Source of the DNA: the human T2T-CHM13v2.0 reference genome, Homo sapiens
DNA: 64,000 nt
Strand: one strand, 5' to 3'
Assembly: GCF_009914755.1 (NCBI RefSeq)
Contig: NC_060939.1
Below are positions 1 through 13,381 of this stretch, piece after piece. The first letter of the stretch is position 1. The number at the start of each line of letters is the position of its first letter. The notes under the pieces are model-generated. The model made no database searches and had not been told where the DNA came from. It saw only the letters and a program-made list of their open reading frames with translations. The translations under genes and the position numbers were made by a program.

Positions 1-384
1 TTCTAGCAGAGTGATTTTTAACTCTTGTTAGTTCAGGGACACCTTTGAGAATCTTATTAACCTCCACAGAAACACTCATGTTTGAATAGTGTTTTGCATA
101 TATGGACCTAAGAATTTAAACAGGGAAGGGATGCTACCTCATTTTCAGCATGTGACCTGACCTCTTACCTCTCCTGCCAACAATAGTGGCGATCACATAT
201 AGATCCTCCCACTCTACTCACCACTCTGTACTTTGAACTTACTTGGATTTTCACTGATTCCTTCTTCATTTTCTCTCTGGAGGAAACAGCTATCCTTTCT
301 AAAGCTCATTATTGATCTTACTGCTTGATTTCATCCTCTCCCAGTTCCTTGCAGACCTTGTACTTTTTGTGCTCTTCCTCCAGT

Positions 385-535
385 GCTTGTCAGGATTTAA
401 TGTCTGTCTGAATCACCTGGGATCTTGTTAAAATGAAGGCTCTGATTCTAGTGCGAGGTCTGAGAAAATCTGTTTCTGACAAGCTTTCAGGTGATGTTGA
501 TGCTGCTGGCCCAAGGACTGTATTTTAAGTAGCAG
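385..535. mobile_element. MER5A (hAT-Charlie)
   Basis: gaatcacctgggatcttgttaaaatg...caggtgatgttgatgctgctggccc. Confidence 0.7.
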
Positions 536-599
536 CCTACATACTTAAGCATCTTTATTTCCCACATCTTTGAAAAAATAATAATACAAAATTTTTTTA

Positions 600-1150
600 A
601 AGCCCATGGAATTTCCCTGATCTGGCCTCACCTACATTCATACTCTTGCTAAGGGCCTTGAAAGTTAGTCTACTCGTCACTAATTCACTCTCTGTTACCA
701 TCCACTTCTTGGCTCACAGCAGTGTGGTTTCCTGTCCAGCTTTTACTTAGTAAAACTCTTATTTTAGAATTCATCAATAACCTTTTAATTGCCAAATTCA
801 ATTCTGAGCACTCATCATATTTGACTTGTCAAAAGTCTCTTCCTCAAACCCTCAATTCCTTTGGCTTCTGCCATCCAACTCTCTTCTAATTTTCCTGCTT
901 CTAAATGTTCCTTCTTAATCTCTCTTGCTACCTTCCTTTCTCGACCTCTGCTTGAATTATACAAAGAGTCCATTGGCTGCCTTCTCCTACACATTCTTCC
1001 TGAGTGATCTCTTTCAAGCCTGTGGCTCTAGCCCTTACCCTTGTGCTTGTGACTCCTAAATCTGTACCTCCAGACGTTAGCCCTTTTCCCCACCACCAGG
1101 TTTTTGCCCTTCATTTTGCAGTCCAGAAGTCCAGCAGACACCTCAAACAC
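600..1150 (-). mobile_element. L2 fragment
   Basis: Pyrimidine-rich, e.g. gactcctaaatctgtacctccag, agacacctcaaac. Confidence 0.55.
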
Positions 1151-1169
1151 AGTTTAACAGGAAAAAACC

Positions 1170-1510
1170 AGAGGCTGCAATAGTGTATAAGGTTGTATTT
1201 TTATCTCACATGAAATGATTCTGCAGTTCAGCAGTCCAGGGAAAATGTGGCTTCATGGTATCATCTGTCCCAGGATCCTTCATCTTTGTGCTCTGTCATT
1301 CTTAGCATGTGGCTTCCATTCTCAAGGTCACCTTGTCACCTATAATGACAGTTTGGAGCTTTGACCATCAAGTTAGCAGTCCAAGCAGGAAGTAGGAAGA
1401 AGGGGAAGGAGAGCAAAAAAGGTGTACTGTCAGCTGTCTGTTTCTCTCAAGGAGCTTTCTCAAAGGTCTTGCCATACTACTACTGCTCACAGCGCATGAC
1501 CTCGCTCTAC
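1170..1510. mobile_element. MLT1 (MaLR) fragment
   Basis: cttagcatgtggcttccattctcaaggtcacc motif. Confidence 0.55.
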
Positions 1511-1520
1511 CTCATGAAGT

Positions 1521-1912
<392 letters not shown>

Positions 1913-2086
1913 TAAGTAACTAGATGTTCCTAACCATTCTTACTGCTGCTGCCCTTGTTCAAGCCCAGGCCATCTGTCACTTGGATCACAATAGCAGCAT
2001 TGTAATTCACCCACTTGGTTGAAGTCTCTTCTCACTCTAATCTGTCAGCTGCTTTCCTAACAGTATTGTTTTTCTAAAAATAATCT

Positions 2087-2308
2087 CCACCCTGGGCAAT
2101 ATAATGAGGACTCACCTCTACAAAAAATATTTTTTAAAAAATTAAAATTAGCCAGGTATGGTGGTACACTTGTAGCCCCAGCTACTCAGGAGGTGAGGTG
2201 GGAGGATTGCTTGAGCCCAGGAGTTTGAGGCTGCAGCGAGCTGAGATTGTACCACTGCACTCCAGCCTGGATGACAGAATGAAACCTTGTCTCTAAAGTA
2301 AATAATAA
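2087..2308 (+). mobile_element. AluJ, partial
   Basis: ggaggattgcttgagcccaggagtttgaggctgcag. Confidence 0.9.
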
Positions 2309-2858
2309 ACATCTGATTGTTTTATTCCTTTGCTTGACAAAATTTCCTGGCTGTCCAGTATCTTTAGTAACAGTCCAAACCCTCTAGGCTACTTTTCAAG
2401 ACCATTTGCAATCTGCCTGGAGAAGCAATTTTCAGTCCTCACCTCTGGTCTCTCCCCCTGAGATGTCCTGCATTGTGACATTCTAGGGGTCCCTCGGTAC
2501 GTGGCACACAGCCCTGTTGGGTACCTGTCACTCTGTTCTTGTCTACAGTGACCCCAGATCAGCCAGCACAGTGCCCAGCCTAGTCAGTGTTGGATAGGTA
2601 GATAAGTGAGATGACATATGAAGTAAAAGAAGATCAAGTTTTTGTTTATGAAGTGTTTTCTAGGTGGGAGGACGTGTGTGAGAACAACCTAGTCCTAAAA
2701 AACAGACCTGAGGGCTTTATTCCTGTTATGTAGCTAATGATCTAGTATAGACTTAGGAAGCAGGAGGTGTTAGCTTGTGTGCTGTGGATGATACTTCGTG
2801 AAAACCTGCATCCATTCTTGCCTGTGAATGTCTTTGAATGTGACCACTGCTTTTTCAG

Positions 2859-3029
2859 AGTTCTATCTCTGGGGTGACTGCCGCATATAACCGAGAACAG
2901 CTGTGGCTGGCCAATGAAGGCCTGATCACCAGGCTGCAGGCTCGCTGCCGTGGATACTTAGTTCGACAGGAATTCCGATCCAGGATGAATTTCCTGAAGA
3001 AACAAATCCCTGCCATCACCTGCATTCAG
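2859..3029 (+). CDS. IQGAP1: IQGAP1 coding exon (~exon 19), IQ1 motif and start of IQ2
   Basis: tttttcAG|AGT...ATTCAG|GT; encodes SSISGVTAAYNREQLWLANEGLITRLQARCRGYLVRQEF...AITCIQ, matching the IQGAP1 protein as I recall it; 171 nt, phase 0/0. Confidence 0.97.
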
Positions 3030-3080
3030 GTATTTCAGAACCTATCACACAGACAGCAAGCGGGCATCTAGAGCAGGGGT

Positions 3081-3086
3081 AATAAA
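3081..3086 (+). terminator. Candidate intronic polyadenylation signal (IQGAP1 intron ~19)
   Basis: AATAAA 9 nt after an in-frame TAG, GU/U-rich tract at 3108-3126. Confidence 0.5.
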
Positions 3087-3389
3087 CGGTCAGCTGTCAC
3101 CATTGACTGTCTGAGTGTGTTTTTTGAGTGCTGGACTCTTAGTCTTCTCTTTCCTTTGACAGGTACCTCCTCTTTACTACCATTTAACTGTAGTGTGCCT
3201 ACAGGTGTTTAATGCTGGCACAGTGGCAGTTCTTGGGTACCTCTTCCTCTCTTCTTCTAAGACTGTACCTTTCTGTAAGATTTGAACCTTGAGGGAAACA
3301 ACTGTGGTCTGGCTTCAATGATAAGGTAGCACAATGTCCTGGAAAGAATTCTGAGTTAGGAATGATGGCTGCACTACTGCCAGACAGTG

Positions 3390-3490
3390 GTGAATCTCCA
3401 AGTCTTTGTCCCCATCTGTAAAAGGGGAATGCCCCATTGTATCTTATCTTCCTCACCTGGTTTGTTGTAAGAAGCCAGTAAATGAATCTG
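3390..3490. mobile_element. MIR fragment
   Basis: ccccatctgtaaaagggg...ttgttgtaagaa core. Confidence 0.55.
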
Positions 3491-3733
3491 TATGGCTGCA
3501 CTGTAAAAGGTGTGCAGGGCTGTGCTGACGTTGGGGAAGTAGAATGTAGCCATCGTGTTCTTCCAGTGGAGGGATGGCCCGTGCCCTTGTTCCCCTGTCA
3601 CTGCTGGAAGTGGTCCTTCCTAAAACTTCATCATGAAATTGCACTTGGATCATGTATCAAGATGAAAGTTTTTTTTTAACTTCCATTGATGCTTGGGAAG
3701 TAATATGTCTTCTGTAACATTTGACTGTTTCAG

Positions 3734-3817
3734 TCACAGTGGAGAGGATACAAGCAGAAGAAGGCATATCAAGATCGGTTAGCTTACCTGCGCTCCCACA
3801 AAGATGAAGTTGTAAAG
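3734..3817 (+). CDS. IQGAP1: IQGAP1 coding exon (~20), IQ2
   Basis: tttcAG|TCACAG...GTAAAG|GTatgg; SQWRGYKQKKAYQDRLAYLRSHKDEVVK; 84 nt. Confidence 0.97.
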
Positions 3818-3914
3818 GTATGGTAGCCTGAACAGGGTTTCTCCATGAGGGGCACAGGTATAACACGTGTTGAGATGAAGGACTCTTCTAATTTCCAGGA
3901 TCCCTTTTCCACAG

Positions 3915-3986
3915 ATTCAGTCCCTGGCAAGGATGCACCAAGCTCGAAAGCGCTATCGAGATCGCCTGCAGTACTTCCGGGACCAT
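3915..3986 (+). CDS. IQGAP1: IQGAP1 coding exon (~21), IQ3
   Basis: ccacAG|ATTCAG...GACCAT|GTaagc; IQSLARMHQARKRYRDRLQYFRDH; 72 nt. Confidence 0.97.
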
Positions 3987-4082
3987 GTAAGCACCCTTGG
4001 ATCATACAGGCCATTAGGAGCAATTTTGCCATATTTTTGGTAGACAGATGAACAGAGAAATTTCTTCTTTTTTGTTCCTTAG

Positions 4083-4152
4083 ATAAATGACATTATCAAA
4101 ATCCAGGCTTTTATTCGGGCAAACAAAGCTCGGGATGACTACAAGACTCTCA
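4083..4152 (+). CDS. IQGAP1: IQGAP1 coding exon (~22), IQ4
   Basis: ccttAG|ATAAAT...CTCA|GTgagt; INDIIKIQAFIRANKARDDYKTL; 70 nt. Confidence 0.97.
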
Positions 4153-4503
4153 GTGAGTAACTGGCTCCGCATGAAGAGTTGAGGCAGTGGCTGGGAGCCA
4201 CCAAGTTCAGGGTATTCTCCACAGACCTCTTTTGTTATCCTGAAGGCAAGGCTTGGGGGAGAGGGTGTGACCTGTGACATAAGCCCCTTTGCTAACATGT
4301 GGCTAGGTGTCTTGTTGGCTTGTTGCATTAACCTTTATCATAACATAGCAATAGCCTGACACAGAAGACTGCACCTGATAGTTGTCTTAGCACATCTCAA
4401 AATTAAATGTTTATGAATAGACTACTTTTTCAAGACAATGCTATTTCCTGAGACGTAGTACTTTTTCTGCTAACTCCATTCTTTGATGCATACTTTCTGT
4501 CAG

Positions 4504-4712
4504 TCAATGCTGAGGATCCTCCTATGGTTGTGGTCCGAAAATTTGTCCACCTGCTGGACCAAAGTGACCAGGATTTTCAGGAGGAGCTTGACCTTATGAA
4601 GATGCGGGAAGAGGTTATCACCCTCATTCGTTCTAACCAGCAGCTGGAGAATGACCTCAATCTCATGGATATCAAAATTGGACTGCTAGTGAAAAATAAG
4701 ATTACGTTGCAG
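4504..4712 (+). CDS. IQGAP1: IQGAP1 coding exon (~23)
   Basis: gtcAG|TCAAT...TTGCAG|GTatgg; NAEDPPMVVVRKFVHLLDQSD...KNKITLQ; 209 nt. Confidence 0.97.
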
Positions 4713-4834
4713 GTATGGCCCAGTGCCAGCGGGGGCCTTGGAACGGTTCATCCTGCTTTGTAACCCCTGCATTCCCCTTTCTGACTGGTGGGGAGGGTGG
4801 AGGCTGACTTTCTCCTCAGCTACTGCCATAAGAG

Positions 4835-5456
4835 CTTTTTTTTTTTCTTTTGACTGAGTCTCACTCTGTTGCCCAGGTTGTAGTGCGATGTGATCTCAGC
4901 TCACTGCAACCTCTGCCTCCCAGGTTCAAGCAATTCTCCTCCCTCAACCTCCTAAGTATCTGGGATTACAGGCACGTGACACTATACCTGGCTAATGTTT
5001 TTTGATTTTTGGCTTTTTTTTTTTTTTTTTTTTTGCTGACGGAGTTTCCCTCTCGTCGCTCAGGCTGGAGTGCAGTGGCGTGATCTCGGCTCACTGCAAC
5101 CTCTGCCTCGCAGGTTCAGCGATTCTCCTGCCTCAGCCTCCCAAGTAGCTGGGATTACAGGCGCATGCCACTACACCCTGGTAATTTTTGTATTTTTACT
5201 GGAGATGGCGTTTCGCCATGTTGACCAGGCTGGTCTTGAAGTCCTGACCTCGGGTGATCCACCCGCCTCAGCCTCCCAAAGTGCTGGGATTACAGGCGTG
5301 AGCCACGACACCCGGCTTTTTTGCATTTTTAGTAGAGACGGGGGTTTCACCATGTTGGCCAGGCTGGTCTGGAACTCCTGGCCTCAAGTGATTGATCCAC
5401 TCACCTTGGCTTCCCAAAGTGCTGGGATTACAAACATGAGCCACCATGCCCGGCCA
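4835..5456 (-). mobile_element. Nested Alus (an Alu inserted in the central linker of another)
   Basis: Outer right arm 4835-5010, inner full Alu ~5014-5316, outer left arm ~5317-5456. Confidence 0.9.
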
Positions 5457-5487
5457 TCATAAGCTTTTAAAAAAGTTATGTAAGACA

Positions 5488-5795
<308 letters not shown>

Positions 5796-5949
5796 TATTT
5801 AAGACATAAAACAACTTAATTGACAAAATTTTGATAGAGAAAAGAAGATAAATGTCTTCCCCTAATTTCACCTACCCCAGTCATTTTGTATCTTACATTC
5901 TTACTTCATATTAAAGGATAAGACTCTTTCCCTATGATAAGTAGTCATA

Positions 5950-6252
<303 letters not shown>

Positions 6253-6681
6253 ATAAATATTATTTTTAACAGTAGCATATTAGATTTTTAGAAGATATAC
6301 TATGATTTACCTCTTTTTCCCCTAGTATTTGACATTTAGGTTGTTTTCCAAGCGTTTATTATAAATAACATTGCAATTAATGTTTCAATATATATGTAGC
6401 TTTTATTGTATTTAAGACTTATTTTTATAATAGACTGCTGGAAGTTGGTTTGCCAATTCAGTGGACATTCTTATGGCTCAGATTCTTTGTTGGAACATAG
6501 GAATGGATTTGACTGGTGTACTGAAAACAGGATAAAGTGTAGTGGTTTTTAAATATTCAGTGGGAATCTGCCAGTGCAGTACACCTTCATGTGAGTTTGC
6601 ACATGCTGCAAAACCTTTCCTCAATGCCCAGAGGTTCATCTTTGAAAGCTTTCTGATCTATTTATTGGTTTTTGTTTATAG

Positions 6682-6837
6682 GATGTGGTTTCCCACAGTA
6701 AAAAACTTACCAAAAAAAATAAGGAACAGTTGTCTGATATGATGATGATAAATAAACAGAAGGGAGGTCTCAAGGCTTTGAGCAAGGAGAAGAGAGAGAA
6801 GTTGGAAGCTTACCAGCACCTGTTTTATTTATTGCAA
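6682..6837 (+). CDS. IQGAP1: IQGAP1 coding exon (~24)
   Basis: tatAG|GATGTG...TTGCAA|GTaagt; DVVSHSKKLTKK...YQHLFYLLQ; 156 nt. Confidence 0.97.
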
Positions 6838-7085
6838 GTAAGTGGCTCCTGGAATCAGTGTTATAAAAATTTAGTGAATTTATTTTTCCACAAGAAAGCC
6901 TTACCATCGATCTCTCTGGAAGTATTTTTGACTTCCACTGAGGGGTGAGTGAGGGGCACTGTAACATGTTAATTTATTAATCTTTTTTCTCATATGTATT
7001 GTAGTCCTTCAATTTTAAATAATTGAATATATCTTGCCAGCCTTTATATTACCTACAAATGACTTATCCCTTGGTTTTATTTCAG

Positions 7086-7249
7086 ACCAATCCCACCTAT
7101 CTGGCCAAGCTCATTTTTCAGATGCCCCAGAACAAGTCCACCAAGTTCATGGACTCTGTAATCTTCACACTCTACAACTACGCGTCCAACCAGCGAGAGG
7201 AGTACCTGCTCCTGCGGCTCTTTAAGACAGCACTCCAAGAGGAAATCAA
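7086..7249 (+). CDS. IQGAP1: IQGAP1 coding exon (~25), start of GAP-related domain
   Basis: ttcAG|ACCAAT...ATCAA|GTatga; TNPTYLAKLIFQMPQNK...LQEEIK; 164 nt. Confidence 0.97.
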
Positions 7250-7683
7250 GTATGAACAGATTTCCTCAGGGCACAGGCCCCTTCCCACTATCAGAGGGGC
7301 TCCCAGTTTGAGATTCATGCCTTCCTGATCTTTTCTTGATCTCAATTAATTTATGAAAAATACTTACTCTAAAGAAGCATCTAATTTTTAAATAACTGAT
7401 ATAAAATCTTGCTGCTTCTAGGGAAGGGATAAATTAACTTTAGGAACATTCTGTATTAAGGTATAATTTCAAAAAGTAATCTGAACAGAAAGAATTCACA
7501 TTTTTATCTAGTAGCGGACCCAATCATGACCACGATTGAGCGTGCAGCTGCAGGAACATTCTGTGAGTGCTGGGGAATGTTTCGAGAGAAACTGTTTCAG
7601 GGAGATAGGATCTTTAAGCAGGAAGGATCTTTTAAGTTGATGGGTTTTGTGACAAGTTTAAATTTTTATCTGATGTTTTATAG

Positions 7684-7908
7684 GTCGAAGGTAGATCAGA
7701 TTCAAGAGATTGTGACAGGAAATCCTACGGTTATTAAAATGGTTGTAAGTTTCAACCGTGGTGCCCGTGGCCAGAATGCCCTGAGACAGATCTTGGCCCC
7801 AGTCGTGAAGGAAATTATGGATGACAAATCTCTCAACATCAAAACTGACCCTGTGGATATTTACAAATCTTGGGTTAATCAGATGGAGTCTCAGACAGGA
7901 GAGGCAAG
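7684..7908 (+). CDS. IQGAP1: IQGAP1 coding exon (~26), GRD
   Basis: tatAG|GTCGAAG...GCAAG|GTatgt; SKVDQIQEIVTGNPTVIKMVVSFNRGARGQ...ESQTGEA; 225 nt. Confidence 0.97.
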
Positions 7909-7950
7909 GTATGTTAACCATAATGACACTTTTCTTTCATGTTGTTATAG

Positions 7951-8325
<375 letters not shown>

Positions 8326-8369
8326 TAGAAAACTGTGCTTTCTAAGTTGTTGACCTAGTAATAAATTCA

Positions 8370-8800
8370 CTTATTTAGCAAATATTTATTGAGTATTAAC
8401 TATGTGCCAGGCATTGTGTTAGAGATGTGTACAGTAATGCAATAATGAGTGAAACAGACATGCTTCCTGCCCTCTCTTCATAGTTCATTGGGTGGAAGAG
8501 ACACCAACCAGGTACATAAAAATAAAAGCATAATTAAACATTGAAGAAAGTTTTATGAAGTTTTATGTACGGTTCTTTAATGGAGACTTTATAAGAGGGA
8601 GCTAACATAAGGTGGTTAGGGAAAGCCTATCCCGGAAGATAAAATTTCATTTAGCTGAGGCCCTAAAGCTAAGATGAACCCAGCCTTACTAAGAGCTAGG
8701 TGCAGAGTGTTTATGTCTGAACACTCTAAGCTGGAGGGTGTAGGACTTAAATGGACCCTGGCATAACTAGGGATACAGTTGAATGAGAAGGTTCATATAG
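8370..8800 (+). mobile_element. L2 3' end fragment
   Basis: caaatatttattgagtattaactatgtgccaggcattgtg. Confidence 0.65.
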
Positions 8801-9476
8801 ATTGGGTGAGATCACTGTGTTTCATTAAAGGAAAAAGAAAACGGTGTGGAGTGAGCTTCCCTGAAATATCGTGAGTTGGGCTAATTAAATTAACGTATTA
8901 CAGGAGATAGCTGAGCTAGGGCCATAGCGTAACCACCAACATTCATTTATCTAAAGCAAAAGTGTGCCAATCAAATATTGGTAATGCTGGGAAAAGGGAG
9001 TTCAGAATGCCAAAACGTTTCTGGTTTTATTTGTCTTGGGTGAGGACCCAGAGGGGTGGGAGATGGAGGTGTGAGCAGCATGGTCTGTTGTGGTTTTTTC
9101 TTGTTGTGGAGTAGAGTTAGATCATGCATGAAGCTCTCTGGGCATAGGTGGAGTAGCAGCTGTCCACACCATTGCTATTCAAAGTGTGGTTTGCACACCA
9201 GTAATGGAAAATCATCTGTGCACACTGTTTAGTTTAACTGATACTTTTTTTTTCATAGCAAGATTTTCTTAATGAAGGAAGTAATGTATTGATTTACATT
9301 CTGACTCATTGTCTTTATCTTGTCTTTGATCAGTTTGTAGACTGGCACTGGTCCACACTTTGAATAACACTATTCTTCATTCTACTTTCCATGTACCCGG
9401 ATGCCAGGCAAACAGGGAGTTTTACGCTGGGTGGAGAACGGAACATTCTGCTGACTCCTTGAAAGGGCTTATCTCA

Positions 9477-9781
<305 letters not shown>

Positions 9782-10125
9782 TCATTTGGCATCTGATTGG
9801 TTCTCAGTACCATGTAGGTCTGTTATCAGGACTCAGATCATTGCAAAAGTCTTTTTAATTTTTTTGCCTGCATACCTGAGGCCCACATCCAGGAATGTGG
9901 TCAGCCAAGTGCAATACTTGTCTGGGAAGTTTTGCCTGCAACCCAGGGCATTCCTTGCCGATAGCCCCATGTACACTGGCTCCGGGCTTCTCAGTTATTT
10001 CCTCTGATGGTCCATGAGTCAGTCATTTTCAGATCCAAAGCCCGCTGGACATTTCAGGATTGGTTTTCTTGTGGGTACCTATAAGAAACTGGTGTCTTAT
10101 TTTGCCTTTCATAAAATGGAAATTG

Positions 10126-10260
10126 AGCCAGGCATGGTGGCATGCACCAGTAGTCCCAGTTGCTCAGGAGGCCAAGACAGGAAGATCGCTTGAGCCCAGG
10201 AGTTTGAGCACTGCCTGGGCAATGTAGACCCCATATCTTAAAAAAAAAAAAAAAAAAAAA
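10126..10260 (+). mobile_element. FLAM/Alu monomer
   Basis: Single arm plus A tail, TSD ggaaattga. Confidence 0.88.
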
Positions 10261-10634
10261 GGAAATTGATTTGAACTCTTTTTAAGATACCAGTGACTGT
10301 GAGGGATGGTGGTGTGGTGGGGATCTGTCCTGCAGGTAAGCATCACAGGTCCCTTAGCTTTCTTCTTTTACTTCAGCCACCATACACGTAGCAAACTGGA
10401 ATCTTGTCACCTCTTGGGAATGTTCTTTCCTAAAATCTCAAAGTTAATGTTCTGTTCTATCACCAACGTTTTTTAGCATATTGATTCCCTTGCTGGTTAC
10501 TACTTTTAAAACTCATATAAATAATAAAATATACAATATTCTTTATTGTTAAGTTCCATGTATTTATTTATTTCTCATAGAATGTTTCTGTTGATTTTTG
10601 CAGAATTTTTGTGTTCATAGTCTACCAATTTTAA

Positions 10635-11320
<686 letters not shown>

Positions 11321-11980
11321 CAAGGTCTTGCTCAAGCAGTCCTCCCACCTCAGCCTTCCTAGTAGCTGGGAATGCTAGCATGTGCTGCTGTGCCTGGCAT
11401 AGCACTCCTATCCTTGAAGACCTCCTTCTGGTTTCTAACAAAGTCCAGATTTGTCAGTATCATATACGGGGTCTGTCATGGCCTGCTCCCTGTCTGCTTT
11501 TCCACTGTCATTTCTCCTGTCTCCCCTTCCTTCCTAGAAGACTCTTCCTCTCCTTTTTTCCTGAGTTCAAGCATCCCTTCGTTTTGGAAGCTTTCCTTGC
11601 TTTTTCCATTCTGAGTTGAAGCCCTTTCCCTATGGTCCTGTGGCACTTTTGGTGAACTGATTTACAGCACAATAGGTTTATAATCATCTGTTTGTGTGTC
11701 GCTCCCACCAGACTGTAAAAGACTGAAGAGAAGGTGTCATGTCTTGTATAACTTTTATTCCCAAGTGCCTGTTATTGTGCCTGGCACACAATTCAGGCAC
11801 CTGATTCACAGTTAAAAACCTGCGTTCAGATTCTAGACTTATCACTTACCAGCCCCGTGAGGATGAGCTTAAGCTATCTAATATTTCTGGGTCTTATAGT
11901 TTATGAAAGATAAGACACTTGCTTCAGGCTGTTCCTGGCTGTTAGTCTAACATAGTTGGGTATAATTTCTGTCTTCCCAG

Positions 11981-12121
11981 CAAACTGCCCTATGATGTGA
12001 CCCCTGAGCAGGCGCTAGCTCATGAAGAAGTGAAGACACGGCTAGACAGCTCCATCAGGAACATGCGGGCTGTGACAGACAAGTTTCTCTCAGCCATTGT
12101 CAGCTCTGTGGACAAAATCCC
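11981..12121 (+). CDS. IQGAP1: IQGAP1 coding exon (~27), GRD
   Basis: cccAG|CAAACTG...ATCCC|GTgagt; KLPYDVTPEQALAHEEVKTRLD...VDKIP; 141 nt. Confidence 0.97.
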
Positions 12122-12217
12122 GTGAGTGCCATCAGTTGTCATGACCCCCAGTAGAACCCAGCACTAAGTGCCTTTCTGCTCCTTGGCCCTTCTCACTAAG
12201 TTTTGTCCATCCCGCAG

Positions 12218-12302
12218 TTATGGGATGCGCTTCATTGCCAAAGTGCTGAAGGACTCGTTGCATGAGAAGTTCCCTGATGCTGGTGAGGATGAGCTGCTGA
12301 AG
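12218..12302 (+). CDS. IQGAP1: IQGAP1 coding exon (~28), GRD
   Basis: cgcAG|TTATGGG...CTGAAG|GTaaga; YGMRFIAKVLKDSLHEKFPDAGEDELLK; 85 nt. Confidence 0.97.
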
Positions 12303-13381
12303 GTAAGAATCTCATAGCCGGCAGACTCCTGCCCTTTGAGGACAAAGCAATAAAACCAGGGCTGACCATAGATCATTACTAACTGCCTAAGTGTAGGTTC
12401 TGGCAGTAGCTTACCATTGATTGTGAGCTTTTGAAAGCAATTGTAATTGGTAAATGGTACCTCTCTTAGGATGAAACACTTCCTATAGTTTGGCACACAA
12501 ACATCAAACAAGTAGAAAGATGGATTTTTCCTGTTTTCAGATGAGTTTCTTTGAGTCCTATCTTTTCGCTGTAGTATTGTTCCCTCTGCTGGTGACCTGG
12601 CGAATAGTAGCAGGCACAGTTGTTTCTGCTAAGGCTGTTGCTGATAACTCTTTCTTACTCAGCTATGCTCTTCTCTTTTCTTTTTTTTTTTAATCTGAAT
12701 GCTTTTTTCTTCTCTCTCCTAGTTCTGTGCTTTCCTACAGTGAGGCCTCGATTCTAGACTTTCTGTTCAGGTGAATTAATTTTATTTCTTCTGAATGAAA
12801 CTCTAGGGGAAATGCTGTGACTGCCCCTGAATTCTTCTGTGGAAGAGATGTGTGTTAAGTGAATTTAATTTCAGAGGCATGAACTTGGCCTTTGAAGTCT
12901 GCAGCATGAGAATGTTGGGAGGTGGGGTTACTCTATGCTGATTGGGTCATGTTAAGGAATTTAGCTATGTTTGTTAGCTTTTTATAAGGAAAGCCCATCT
13001 ACATGAAAGTACAAAGTGCATGTGGGTGACAGCAGCCTTATTTGCTACCATGATATGTGAACAAAAGATGCCCTGAAATACTTAATAACAGACTTTAAGT
13101 GTGTCATTTTTACCTTCTGAATCTGCTCTTTCATTAACTACTGGCAGTAGTTTTCAGTTCTGTTCTCATTGTTTTCCTGTATTGAACAAAGGGATATTTC
13201 ATTTAGTTCCAGGCCATGAGAGAGAGTGTGTATATGTGCATGCATGCGTGTGTATATGTATTTTTTATTTATTTTTTCCTCATAGGACTGCATTTTCTGC
13301 TTTTCTTTGCTAGCAAAGTCATTTATAGCTTCCTTGGTGGTATGTCTTTTAATACCCATCTTTCTGTTTCGTCTGTTCCAG

